This document shows positions 50,690-63,740 of a stretch of DNA of 64,000 bases, in pieces. This DNA comes from Rhizophagus irregularis. Lineage: Eukaryota. A program made the translations under genes and the position numbers. The stretch lies in assembly GCF_026210795.1 (NCBI RefSeq), contig NC_089429.1, positions 1,116,001 through 1,180,000 on the forward strand, written 5' to 3'. The notes below the pieces were generated by a model. That model worked only from the letters and a program-made list of their open reading frames with translations, searched no databases and was not told the origin of the DNA. Every line of letters begins with the position of its first letter. Within the stretch, counting starts at the first letter, position 1.

Positions 50690-51740
50690 TATTTCCGATA
50701 CTCGGAACTGTATTTGATGTCTTGTAATTAACAACTTATCGCCCTCTTTTTTTACTAATATGTTTTTAACCGTGTACTTCATCATCGAAATCAACATAAC
50801 ATGTAGTTTGGGTGAAGCCCAGTTTCACTGAAATTTCTCAATCACGAAGAGATACTAAGTTATTACCAATGACGAGAAAGTTCCAGAGAAATATAGCCAA
50901 CACACAATTAAAATAAGAACATCAATATTTCGAAAAAAGGTAACCGCATGATGGCATTATTTGCAAACGCACAAACCATTAGGAAATTTTGATACATACT
51001 AAGACCCAATCACTGCTCCATGCGAATTAGGTATACTGTGCCACATTTTCTCTCAAGTGTGATCACACCTGCCGAAATTTTTCCGGTTTTCAGCTACGCC
51101 AGATGAATAATAATCTCGATCACGTCTCTTGATAATGTAATCACAGACTTTAGTTAAATTGCTTCCCTTTGGTATCACTACTCAAAGAATTTGATTTTCA
51201 TACATACTTGGATTTAGGAAAATATAGCGGTATGTGTTTTTGCAAGAATATTTTTTCAAGACCTTCATCTCGATTCCATTTTTTCGAGATGATAAAACAA
51301 TAACAACTCTCTGATCAATATTGCAAAAAATATATGTTTAGGATATTCGTGAAATACCTTGCTCCGCAATGTGACACATTAATTCGTTAAAATGTACTGC
51401 AGCCATTTTCATTTGTCCTGTAGTAGCAGCAACTCGTCTAAGAATTGTGCATCGGCATATTGATTATGTAGTGATGATGGTAACGGAGAGAAAGGGATTA
51501 AGATGTCGTAGTTGGAACTTTCCGAGACGGTAACGAAGATGTCTGTAAACTCTAATCCAAAGAGCGGTCCAAAAAATTAACATATAAGTAAAAGTAAATG
51601 AATTCTCTATACCATTTCGTTCAGATAACTTATTGCCAACAATTCTACCGGAATTAATTCAATATATATTACTGGTCTATTTGTGCTGTTGGAGCCCTCT
51701 GACCGTCTTGCCGCTCAACCACGCTTTTTATCCATTTTTG
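50690..51740 (-). pseudogene. Possible degraded multi-exon gene of unknown family
   Basis: Higher-complexity tract with coding-like pieces (MDKKRG*AARRSEGSNSTNRP then GTAAT, LRRVAATTGQMKMAAVHFNELMCHIAEQ then GTATT, GFTQTTCYVDFDDEVHG) interrupted by stops. Confidence 0.3.
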
Positions 51741-52467
51741 ACTCTCCTTTCACAAAATATATTATGTAGATGAATATTGAACCATCAAATAATATGTATA
51801 TATAAAATCATCAATCCGACTTTTTTTTAACAGGATTAAATAATATGAACCACTAGTATAAGAATTAAAAACATAAGTAAATTTTTAATTTTTAATAAAA
51901 AAAATTGTCATAATACTTTATTTGTATCCGTCTCTATTTTCAAATTGTTTATGATTAGATTTTATTTCACTTAATGATTGATCTGTTTCACCAACTAAGA
52001 TAGTAATTATTTGAGAAGGATGTTCCATATGCGATTCTAAAAGAGCATCATTATGTGTTTGTGTAATCTTTGGTTAGAAGGTTTAAAAACATCATTAGTA
52101 ACAATTAGTAACATCAATAGTATATTATTTGGTTAAAGGTTTTCTAAAAACAAAATGAACAAAAGTTTGATAATTGTATTGTATTACGCAAATCAAACCA
52201 ACCAGATTTCGGGGGGCTTTTTTAAATAATAGTTCGTACTTTTTTTTTTTTTAGGCGTACACATAAATAATAGTTCGTACAACTTCTATAATCAAAAAAA
52301 GTATACCCCTTTTTTTTCATTCGTAACTAACTATATGAGGTGAACTATACGTATAGGGGTGATTTTATATGGTGTGACTGTATCTTTAGATTTTTATTTA
52401 AGGTGGATCACTGATATATTTACGTGAAGTTAAATTGATTTTAATTAAGCAAAATGACCACGCTACC

Positions 52468-53508
52468 ATGTCTGAAAGTATTAATCCAAAGCCATTTGCC
52501 TGCAAATGGTTATATAATCATTCAAAACCACAGTACTTTAAAACCGTGGAGGAACTCAGAAAACACATCGCTAAACACGACATTAATTTCTGCAACCAAT
52601 CTCTTTCAGTTTACGTATGTCCGTGGGAAGGTTGTAAGAAATCTTATAATAAAGATATTTTGTTAGAAGGTATAAAAATTTTTTTTTTTTTGGCTTGCTA
52701 GCTCCGCTGATGCTGTAGAAATTAGATAAGTTATTATTGTATTTTACAGAACATTTACGTAATCACATTCAACAAAGACCATTTAAGGTTGACTCAAAAA
52801 CTATTTTATCCATTACATTGCTTTGTAAGCACTAAAACGACCATGTTAACTTTTTTCTTTAATATTTAGTGTCCAATTTGTAGTTATACCCGATTTGTTA
52901 CTCCTGTTGCACTAAGTCAACACTTGATTAACAATCATAATAATAGCTTTGTGGACTTTTCAGGTGATGTTGAAATAGAAAAATTGAATTCAGGTATTGT
53001 TATCATGATTCTTTCCTCTATTTAAAATTTAGCTTGGTTACCCTAACATATTTTCTTTTCTTGTTAAGGAAAAGATGGTGGTGAAGTCGATATCTTTTTG
53101 AAAGAAAAAATTAATAGAGATGACGCACTTGTTGATGAAAAAGTCAAATATGAAGTCTCGCCAGCAAGCCATACAGCAAGATTATCCTATCGTGATGTTC
53201 TTGTCAAAGGGAGCGTTAATGAGAATGCTGCCAATACGTCGCCTATAAATTATGAAGAAGGTTTTAAATTATACTTTGAAGCGGCAGAAGCTATTTCAAC
53301 TTTAATGGAAGAGAGGAAAGAAGAAATTGATGATGATTATGATTATGATTCTGATAACTATGATAATGTGCCTGAAGTTCCAAAAGGTCATTTAACTGAG
53401 GAAGAAAAGGACAAACTTTTTTGGGAAACAATTTGTGATGTATGTAAAGGGACAGAAGCTGTCACGATGATGCGTAAAGCTCGCAAAATGTTAGGAATGC
53501 CAATTTGA
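52468..53508 (+). CDS. C2H2 zinc-finger protein (three fingers, tandem CW-type). Exons 52468-52669, 52750-52787, 52870-52993, 53069-53508
   Basis: Splicing gives FACKW...LRKHIAKH, YVCPWEGCKKSY...EEHLRNH and RPFKCPIC...LSQHLINNH, followed by an acidic C-terminal region. All three introns are GT-AG and preserve frame. Confidence 0.82.
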
Positions 53509-53725
53509 GCGTGAAATTTGTTATTAATAAGATTCTTTACAGCAAAGATTTTATTTCTTATAAATATATTCCTCATTTAGATCAGAGATTAGAAATAATA
53601 AAATATTTTTATTGATTTGCACAAGTTTATTGGTTTATTTATCTATATACACAAAATGTGCATAATTCAAATGCTTCACCAAAAGCTCTTGACTGTCTAA
53701 TAGTGTGCAACATTTCAAGAGCATC

Positions 53726-54305
53726 TTATTGCTGATTTAACCTTGATATATTTGGATTAAAATTCCAACATTCCCTATGAACTCGAGCGTTACGATTATT
53801 TTTAAAGATTATTAGTAAATTTATATGTTTCATTTCTATGCCGTAAACTGCGATCCTTCTTTCTAATCGATTCCTAGTAAAACTGTCTACCTTCGAACGA
53901 GAAACTAACCTAGGGAATGAATCATATTGTATTGCTACTGGTAAGTTTCTGTTATATTCTCTTAAGAGAATATTATACATCATGCCGATAATGTGAGCGA
54001 TATCGTTAGTCGCATCGAGAAATTTTGCACCTGAACATGGGTCTGCAATAATCAAAGTTTAAATTTAACATATCTAAATATCTTTACTAGATTAAGATAT
54101 ACTCACTGTTTTGATTTCTATGAACAACGATTAAAGCTCTATTATCAGAAATAGCATTTTGCCAGGTTTCTTCAGAAATATTTGATCGTTTAGTTATTGG
54201 AACTCTGATCCTATGATCGAATATCGAGATTACATCTTCACGATCAACTTGAACGGTATTTTTTTTTTCAAAGCAAACTCCATTTTTTTCAAGAAACGTT
54301 GCCAT
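53726..54305 (-). CDS. Hypothetical two-exon protein (possibly prematurely terminated)
   Basis: A GTGAGT...TTGCAG intron (about 54044-54105) joins the 54087-54305 and 53726-54055 ORFs in frame. Coding-like sequence continues past the TAA to about 53639. Confidence 0.6.
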
Positions 54306-55305
54306 GACTTTGGTTACTGAAATAAAGGAGAAAGTATCACTCGTATTGTAATATATATTGATATTTTCTGATACTCACTTAATTGTCTTCTTGGCGTAGT
54401 ACCATTGTTAAAAAATTTTAATAAATAATCAATGATTGATGTATTTAACGCCTCTATCTAACAACTGTATTATTATGTAAGAATTGGAACTTGCAGATTC
54501 TAATTAAGTAAATGGATTTGTGGATTTGAAACTTTAGATAAAGCGGTGAAAAAAATAACTAGACTAATCCATTCCAATGGTAAATTTTTCAAAAATCTGG
54601 TATATCGAGTCTGATATATAAAAAAATTCATCATTGTTATAGATTATGATAGTTTCAACTCTGTTATATCGAGATTTGAGTTTTCAGTTTTATTTTTATT
54701 TTATTCAATTACACGTATATTGACTAATCAAATTTTTTTTTTCGGACAATATTCTCAAATGGCACATTATCTCTCGCAATTATTCTTCATTAAAAATAAA
54801 CTTTTAAACTAATTTTATTGATTAGAAAACAGTCGATACTACTACTTATAAAGAAATACAGTAAAAAAATTACGGAGGTTTCCGTATAAAAACTAATGAT
54901 CCAAAAGAATTTGTACCGCTTTACCATGATATAGTACCGGTATCACAAAAAGTAGAGGACATTACACATTACGGCAAAAATTTCACCCATATAAATAATC
55001 ATATTTAACGTCTATAAGACAGGTTGGTTCTCACTTCTCACACTGTAACAAATAAAAGAGATCGGCAAAGAACCTAACCTATAGACTTGTAAGGTTAGAT
55101 TCTTTGTTGATCGGCTTTTCATATGATGGGGGTGGATGGGCACGGAATTAACAGAAAAGGATTGATTTACATATAATTTTTGTTCTTTTGTTGTCCTTTT
55201 ATGGAATATTAAATAAATTGTGCAAAATCTGACAACTCCGAAAATTTATAAATTTATTTCATTTTTGAAACGAAAGCAACCTCTCCTCCCTTTTCTTTTA
55301 ATAAC

Positions 55306-56981
55306 ACGACATGCTCAAAAATATTTTCAGGAGATTTACCCGAATTAACAAATGAAATTATACAGTATCTTAGAAAAGATTTGTCAACATTGTATTCATG
55401 CATTTTAATTAACAGATTAGTGTGTCGTTTAGCCACTCCATTATTATAGGAAGATCCATTTCCAAAAAAAAGATCCATTTTCAAGGGAATATCTCAAAAA
55501 TCAATACTTTATTGAAATTTACTTGAGTAGATTAAATGAAGATGTCAAAACAAAATTATATGAATATGGAGTTAATAATAATTTAATATCTTCAAATTCA
55601 TTATTATTCAATTATCCTAGTTTTATTAAATACTTAAATATAGATAAAATTTTAAGTTCTGTTCAAACGTGGGTTGATACTGTAGTGGGTAAAAACCAAG
55701 AGAAGCTAGTAAACTTTATTTATAGGTCATTGCTTGAAATGTTTATTGAAAATGAAGGAGATTTACATTCTTTTGAAGTTGTACTGCCTACGTATTATGA
55801 TAATTATTTTGATAATAATATAGACTTAATTTTACAAAATCCAAATATTACATATAATATTAGTAATTTAACATTCCGTATTTTTAATTATAATACTCAA
55901 AATATGATTAAGTTATTGAAAATTTTATGTTCTAATTGCAATTTAATCTCATCAATGATTTTAGGAATTCCTATATATGATATTGATTATCGTTCATTAT
56001 TAATAATTGAAAAATGGTTAATACAAATAATTATTTCACAACATAATCTCAGAAAAATTGCATTTGAATATGATATTGATTTATATAATCCATTTTTATC
56101 ATTAAAAAATTCTAATTGTTCAAATACTTTAAATACAATTATATTTCATTCTATTGATTTTAATAATATAGTTAGTATTTTACAAGAAGTTTTTGATCAA
56201 TTGAATGTTTTAGAATCTATTCATATTTTTTATTGTTCTTCTTTAAATTCTGATTTTGCTAAACAAATTATTAAGGTTAATAAGCCTTTTAAATTAAGAT
56301 CTTTATTTATGGATGGAACATTACATTTTGAACCAATACAATTGCTATTACAGAAATTTAGTGATTGTCTAGAAAATTTTGGATTTGGATATACGATGTT
56401 TAATGATTATGATGAACCAAAACAACAATTTTTTTGAATTTATTACGAAATATTGTAAAAAGATTAGATATTTTGAATCGGGAATACCTGATGATAATAA
56501 TATTTATTTATTCCTTGAAAATAATCAACATAATATTAATTATCTTACTATTGAAGAAAGTATTTATAGTCATATTGATCATAGGAAATTAAGTTCAACT
56601 GTATTACAGAATTTAGGACAGGTTCTTCCTTCTAAATTAGAATATTTATGTTTATCCCTTTCATATAGGACAAGTGATCTGGAAATATTTTTAAAAAATT
56701 CACAAAATACTTTTATTAAGAAATTAATAATTAAAAATATGGTATTTGATAGGAATGAGAAGATTTTATTTTATATAAAGAAATATATTATGAAGAAGGA
56801 AAGGGTCAAATATTTGGCTATTTTGAATAAAGATGTTTATACTAGGGAAGAAATCGAATTATTTTTTTTAAAAGATGAAGTAAATGAATTTAAATTACAT
56901 AATACTATAGTTAAAAAATCCCATGATTTAAATTTTAGTCCATATAGTTTTTTAAATAATAATTATTTGCAATATGAATAA
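55306..56981 (+). pseudogene. F-box-like/LRR pseudogene, closest to 16068-17705
   Basis: Start ATG changed to ACG (55306), Trp to TAG (55447-55449), and frameshifts in homopolymer runs near 55465 and 56432. Confidence 0.9.
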
Positions 56982-57199
56982 ATAAAGACCTGTAAAATTT
57001 ATTTATTATAAAAAATGGAAGTTGTACTTTAATTCATTCATGTACTGTAAAATATGGAAAACTTCTTTTAATGCTAATTAGGATTGATCGGCAACACCAT
57101 GTTATAATCACCATCGAAATATGTAGAATGCCTGATAACTCCTAGAGTTATTAAACACATAAATAATTTAATTGCAAAGTGTATTTATTCATTTTACTC

Positions 57200-57455
57200 A
57201 TTTTACTCGATAAATTATTAATTTAACTAAACCATTTGAATTAAAATCTTTACTCAAAAATCTGGTGATTATTTAGAGAATTTCGGATATGGATTTGGTT
57301 ATAATAATCTATTTTTAAATCAACAATTTCTTCAATTAATTAATTATAAAATATTGTAAAAATATCAATTTTTTTTTTGATTTTTATGAATTTGAAAATC
57401 AAACTATTTATTCAAAGTTCGATTTAATTAAAAAAATCTTAATCATCTTTCTATC
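57200..57455 (+). pseudogene. Short relic of an F-box-like/LRR gene
   Basis: Fragments KPFELKSL, QKSGDYLENFG and KYCKNI match the middle of the 46071 and 2561 type. Confidence 0.65.
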
Positions 57456-58555
57456 GACGTATATGTTACTTGATTTTTTTTAAAAAAATAATAATTTTGT
57501 AAATATATTTAATATAATATTTATTTCTTTATTTAATAATAATAAAAAATAAAAAAAAATTGGGGAAAGAAAAAGGATAATGAAAGAAATCGGTTTAAAA
57601 AAAGGGAAATTTCCGAAAAAAGGAATCTGAAAAAAAATAAGTACCTAAATAACAACACGGTCTAAAAAAAAAGATCGATAAAAAAATTAATATAAAAAAA
57701 TCGGTCTTAAAAGACCGATTATTTAATAGAAAAAATAATATTCAGTTTGGGAAAAAAAATTAAACCTAAACGGGAAAAAAGATGAAAAAATTTAAACCAA
57801 AAAAAGCTAAAAATATTTGAAAAAAAAAATCGGACAAAAAAAAAAAAAAAATTCTGATTAGGGTAAAATTTCATTAACTGAAATTGGATTAGTTGATTGG
57901 AATGCACTCATGGGATTTCAAGTTACACAATTCAAACTATTTATACATGCTAGTCTAAACGTTACGGTTACACATTTTAGTTATATAGATTATTTTTTAC
58001 GAAATTATTTTGTGAACCATTTTTTTTAAAAAAAAACATTACAATATATGATGCATGACGTATTGTTTAATGAGATCAATTTTATTTTACAATACGATAT
58101 CAATCTATATAAGTTTGCGAAAAGATTTGTATTTCAATTACTTTAAAATAATTCCAAATTCCCAAATTCTCTCTTTGGCCAAATAGAATATATTGAATAT
58201 GATAGATTTCTTAAAGCTTAGCCTTCAATTGCGTCAATAAATTATATGTCATGATATATAAAACATTACTAAAGTTCTTCAATCAATTAAATCCTATTGT
58301 TTATAATATCATTTTAATTTCTTCACTTATTAATAATCTTTAATTACATAATACTTACTATATTTAGTTAAACTTTTATTTATTTAATAAATTTAATTTC
58401 CTCTGTGTATTTTAACTAGTTTTTTTTGGTAATTTTGTTGCCGATCTTGAAATCACTGCAACGTTTCACCACTATTTTTTCTTTATTATCTTTTTAAGTC
58501 AATTTCTACATACGAATCAATAATATATTTTTTCTTTAATAAATTATTTATTAAA

Positions 58556-60182
58556 ATGGATGAAATTAAACTTAGTGATGATGTATTTGAACAAATAGAA
58601 AATTTTAACCGTTGGAATTTAACTAAAGAACAAGAATCGTTAATTGACAAGTTAATAACAGACGAAGAATTTAAAGAACGTTATAAAGAATATGGTTTAT
58701 GTAACAGTTGTAAACAGCCTAATACTGGTCATTCTAATTTTCCTTATTGTCAGTCATGTGATTCTAAAAGATTTCAACAAAATTTCAAAAATTGGATAAG
58801 TGGAAATCATGACGTTGATGAATTTATTCAAAAAGCACAATTAGAAGCTAATAATATGGATCAAATCGTAGAGTGGATTGAATATGATAAATTTGAAGAT
58901 GTTGAATATTTAGCAAAAGGGGGATTTGGAACCACTTTTAAAGCAATTTGGAAAGATGGACATATTATTTATTGGGATTATAACAATAATCAATGGAAAA
59001 GAAAAGGTGAAACAAAAGTTGCTTTAAAATGTTTATATAATTCACAAAACATTACAACAGATTTTTTAAAAGAAGTAAGATATTGTCTTATAAATCTTCA
59101 TTAACCTTTATAAATGTTAAACTAACTATAATTTTCTTTTAAGGTTGAATCAAATATTATAGCATGTTCACTTTCAGTTGGTTTTATAGTTCGCTGTTTT
59201 GGTATTACCAAAGATCCAAAAACAAATAATTTTATGATGGTGATGGATTTAAAAGCTGGTAGTTTAAGACAACATTTAAATAACAATTTCATTTCACTGA
59301 GTTGGGAGAAAAAGTTGGGGTGTTTATTAAGTATTGCATTTGGTCTTAAAGGTATTCATAATAAAGGATTAATTCATCATGATTTTCATTGTGAGAATAT
59401 ATTAAGCGATTTTGATATAAATGCTTATATTACTGATTTGGGATTATGTCAACCAGTAAATGTCAAATCCTCTCAAAATAGTAATAAAAAAATATATGGA
59501 GTATTACCTTATGTAGCTCCAGAAGTTTTAAGAGGGAAAAAATATACTCAAGCAAGTGATATTTATGGATTCGGAATTATTGCATATGAAATTTGTACAG
59601 GTTTCCCTCCTTATTATGATATAGCTCATGATGAATTCTTAGCAATGAAAATTTGTAAGGGGTTGAGGCCAATGTCTAATTACAAAATCCCTCAATTAAT
59701 TTTTGATCTTATTAATCAATGTTGGGATGCAGATCCTTTAAAACGACCTAAAGCAGATGAATTATGGGAGTTATTAGGGAATTTCTATAGTAGAATTCAT
59801 TATGAAAATGATGTAATCAATAGGCAAATTAAAGAAATAGATGAAATTAATAAAAAATCATCATTTTCAATAGTTCAATCACCATCATCGTCTACTAGTA
59901 CTCTCCTATATACGACACATCCTCAAGCAGTTTATACAAGTAAACTTTTAGATTTTAAAAATCTTCCAGAACCAAAAAATGCAGTCAATGATGACTTAGA
60001 ATATTCAGGTAATTTTAAATCAAAATAATTATTCAAATCTATTTATATTAATTAGTATTCTTTATTTTATAGATTCCTTAAGAATGGATTTTACTAAACT
60101 TGATATTAAAGGTGATTACTTTAGCATGTAACTTTTTATTAAATTTTAATTAAACTATTTTTTTTTTATTATAGATGAATGA
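58556..60182 (+). CDS. Tyrosine-kinase-like (TKL) protein kinase. Exons 58556-59074, 59144-60008, 60073-60111, 60175-60182
   Basis: Motifs AKGGFG, VALK, HHDFHCEN, DLG, YVAPE and SDIYGFG, with N-terminal CxxC...CxxC. The GT-AG introns are in frame. Confidence 0.9.
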
Positions 60183-60537
60183 AATTAAACACATTTTACT
60201 TTAAGTGAAAATATTTAGTATATAAAAAAAAACATAACAGATATAATTTATTCTTTATTTTATTTTGAACTTAAGGATTATTTTCAATTTACGGTAGTAA
60301 GGCTCATATTTATAAATTATTCATATCTGAAAAAATTAAAGATTAGCATTTTAATAAAATTTAAAAATTATATTTTTATTTGGTCATATTAAATTATCTA
60401 AAATTAATAAATAAATAATTAATTAACTAACTAAGTTTACTGTAAAAAAAGTTAATAATAATAAACGTAAAGTAAGCGGGAGTTCTTATTTTTTGAATTA
60501 AATTTAAAAGAGAATTTATATAATTTTTATGAACATA

Positions 60538-61022
60538 CACAGTGAAATTCGATAAACTGGATCTATTGGTTCCACTAAAATATCCGGTTTATCGGAATAT
60601 CGGGTATAGCGAAAAAATTTTGATATACTGAAAATCTATTATACTGAATTTTCAAAAAAAAATTTCATGCTTTTTTCATCTCAGTTTTAAGTCATAGAGT
60701 TCATGAAAATGAATATAAAATATTTTTAATTGAAGAATAACTTCAGCCGGAATTAGGATTTTTATAATTCTGGCCAAAATTAAGATTTGCTGCATCACGT
60801 GACTTAAATTTATTGGTTAATGATCTCGTGATCCGGTTTATCGAATCATTTTTACTATAGCTGGTTAGAAAATTGATCCGTTTATAGCGAATATCGAGCT
60901 CTTACTAGTAAACTCTGGTATATCGAAACTATTTTGATATACGTGATTTGATTCCAGCAAAAAAGTCCGGCTTAGGCCCAAATCCGGTTTATCGAAGATC
61001 CGGTTTATCGAATTTTACTGTG
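60538..61022. mobile_element. MITE, Tc1/mariner(pogo)-like, 485 bp
   Basis: 26-bp TIRs CACAGTGAAATTCGATAAACTGGATC / GATCCGGTTTATCGAATTTTACTGTG (2 mismatches), flanked by TA on both sides. Internal repeats of CCGGTTTATCG. Confidence 0.88.
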
Positions 61023-61491
61023 TATTAGGATTTTATTAAAAAACTTGAATAATTAAAATAAATAAAGTAAAAAAAGAATTAAATTCAGTGATCCTTAACT
61101 TCATTTATGATTGTTTGTAATAATATATAAATTATAACATAATGTAAAATAAATATTAATAAAAAAAAATACAACAAAATGATCAAACTAATTTCTTTGA
61201 TTTTTTCAATAGTTGTTTGACCAAATAAATATTTAATAATCGATATAAATAATATCTAATGCTAATAGAAAATGTTAGACAGATCTCATTAAAAATAACG
61301 ATTTGATTAATAAACCTTAAAAAACTTCAATCAATTAATTTTAATTTGTTTACCATCAAAAATGATTTTCGCCACGAATTTTGTAAAACATGGCGTAAAA
61401 AATAAACTCACAAATAAACTAATAAATATTACCACTTTTATTTGATCTTTTCTTTGTACTTATTATTGAAAAAACGCAAAAATATCATGGT

Positions 61492-61624
61492 ATTGCTGAA
61501 CATTACCGGTGGTGAAATTATGGTGTAATGCCGGCCAGTATTTTATTAGATTTTTAATTCTGGTCGAAAGTACATCATAATGCTGGTACGGCGGTGACCA
61601 TCACCGCCGGTGAGCTTTAGCAAT
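61492..61624. mobile_element. Small TIR element (about 133 bp), related to about 5145-5250
   Basis: ATTGCTGAACATTACCGGTGGTGA and TCACCGCCGGTGAGCTTTAGCAAT form imperfect inverted ends. The interior matches the 5.2-kb copy. Confidence 0.6.
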
Positions 61625-63740
61625 TTTCAAATATCACATAATAAACTTACTCTAATACGTCAGATTTTTAGAAAAAATATGTAATAAACTTTTCAAATAC
61701 CCACTTTATTAAAAAAAAACTGGAGTATATATATTTATATATTTATTTTTTTATAATCGTAAATTTGATTTATTTCTTTATCTTATTACTATATAGTGAT
61801 TAAATAATTATCATAATCTATTTTTTATTATGATAATCACGAATATTTTAATGATTTTAAACAAATTAATTAAATTTTTGTTCAATCATAATGTGATTAT
61901 GTAACAAAATAATATTGTTAAATTAATAAATTATCTAATTTTTATAATGGACATTTAACAATACAAATTTATTGATAAATTGTTTTATGCAATAATTCAC
62001 AATCTTATTTTTGAAGATTTTTTATTATCATTCTTTTTATTATTATATTTAAAAAAAAGAGTATAAAAAGACATTTGATGTGGTGTGTGGTGGGTGAGTT
62101 TTGGCATTAAATTTAATGTTAAGAAATGAACGAAACGTTAACGTTAACGTTAACATTAACAACAAAAATTTGGTTTCCTTTTTTGGATGTTCATCATCAT
62201 TTAGTCATGCTTAATAAATTTTTTCACTGTTTAAAAATTTGCTTTTCCTCCTTTTTTAATACTTTGTACTCTCTTAGCGACTAATCTTTTTGATGTTTTC
62301 AATGAATAAATCATTTCACTGGTGATTAATAATCACTTAGGACGAAATGTTCAACCAGTTACTGTGATTTCGTAAAAGCACAAAGATCATTTAAGGAATT
62401 ACAAATCGATCAATTTAGGAAAAAAAATTTTCTATTATAGAAGGTCTTTGTGAAAATTATTAAAAAGAATTAAATAACAAAAATTTATATAGAGAATATT
62501 TTAAAAAAAAGAAACTCTGATAGAGTGATAGTAAATTTATAATAAATAGCAAATCAGTTACTACATCAAGTTCAATAAAAAGTATGATATGAATATTACA
62601 AAACTGAAAATTTCAGGAAAAAGTCAATTTCTTCTGATTTTTCAATTTTTAAATCAACTCAACTAATAATGATATATATATGAAGCAAATCTTCATTAAA
62701 AATAATATTGGGATTAATGTATTCCGCAGTAAAAACTAGAATACCTATCTATACATATGAAATAGTTGATCTTTTTAAAATTTATAATAACAGATAAAAT
62801 AAACATATATGATATTCAATGATTAATCAAATATGCCAAACATTCATGACATCGGTGATATTAGTGACATAGATCTACATTTGTTCGTTTGTTCTACAAA
62901 ATTGGCAGGATCACCAATCACATGACAATATCCAAAAGAGAAGTGTCAGAGCGATGGGCAGTCACCTCTGAAAAGGAAATAAACTAGCTTGGCTTGAGTC
63001 CAATAATTTGATAGATTACTATAAATTGTAAAACCAAGAAAAAAAATTTTAAACCAGAAAAACAAGTTCAGGATACTTCAGCGGATGCATGTTGCAAATT
63101 CGGCGGACTTTTGACTTGAACGGCTTGCCATGCATACAAATCCAGCAGCTGTCTGCTACAAAAGCGATTATTTGCTGCAAATTTAGCAGGTATCCACCGT
63201 CTGCTATATGGCTTGCCATAGAAATTACTCCCCACCCACGCTGATCGACAGAGAATCTAATCCTACATTTCATTTTTCAAGTCTATTGGTTGGGTATAGC
63301 ACACCAGGAAGTTTATTAAATGCTTGTGTAAGCGCTTAAAGTATGGTTTTAAAACGTTTATTTTCACATTTAAATTTTATAAATTTCCACATTTAGATCT
63401 TGTGTTACGAAAAAGAATTTATAGAAATAGAAAAAAAATTTTTTTGTTTAATAGAAATCTCAAATTTGTAAAAAAAAAAAAATATGACGTTTTAAAGTAA
63501 AAAATAATTGCTTAAAATAATACTTTAAGCGTAAAAATATGCGTTTAAACAAAATTGTAAAAATCAACATGTGATAATCAGGTGGATGAAATTAACATTT
63601 AAAAGGAATGATTTACATGTTATTTTTGGTTCTTTTGTTGTCCTTTTATGGAACACTAAATAAATTGTACAACTTTGACAACTGATAAATATAAATTTAT
63701 TTTGAACGAAAGCAACTCCCTTCCCTTTTCTTTTAATAAC

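Noticed and set aside
49081..50797. Phe/Leu-rich minus-strand ORFs (49081, 49830, 50060, 50483)
   Set aside because: Low-complexity translations of A-rich repeat DNA, mostly inside the TIR element.
57540..57907. ORF 57719-57907 and perfect hairpin AATCGGTCTT-AA-AAGACCGATT (about 57699-57720) as a terminator
   Set aside because: A-rich low-complexity tract, probably repeat-derived. Intrinsic terminators are not relevant in this eukaryotic context.
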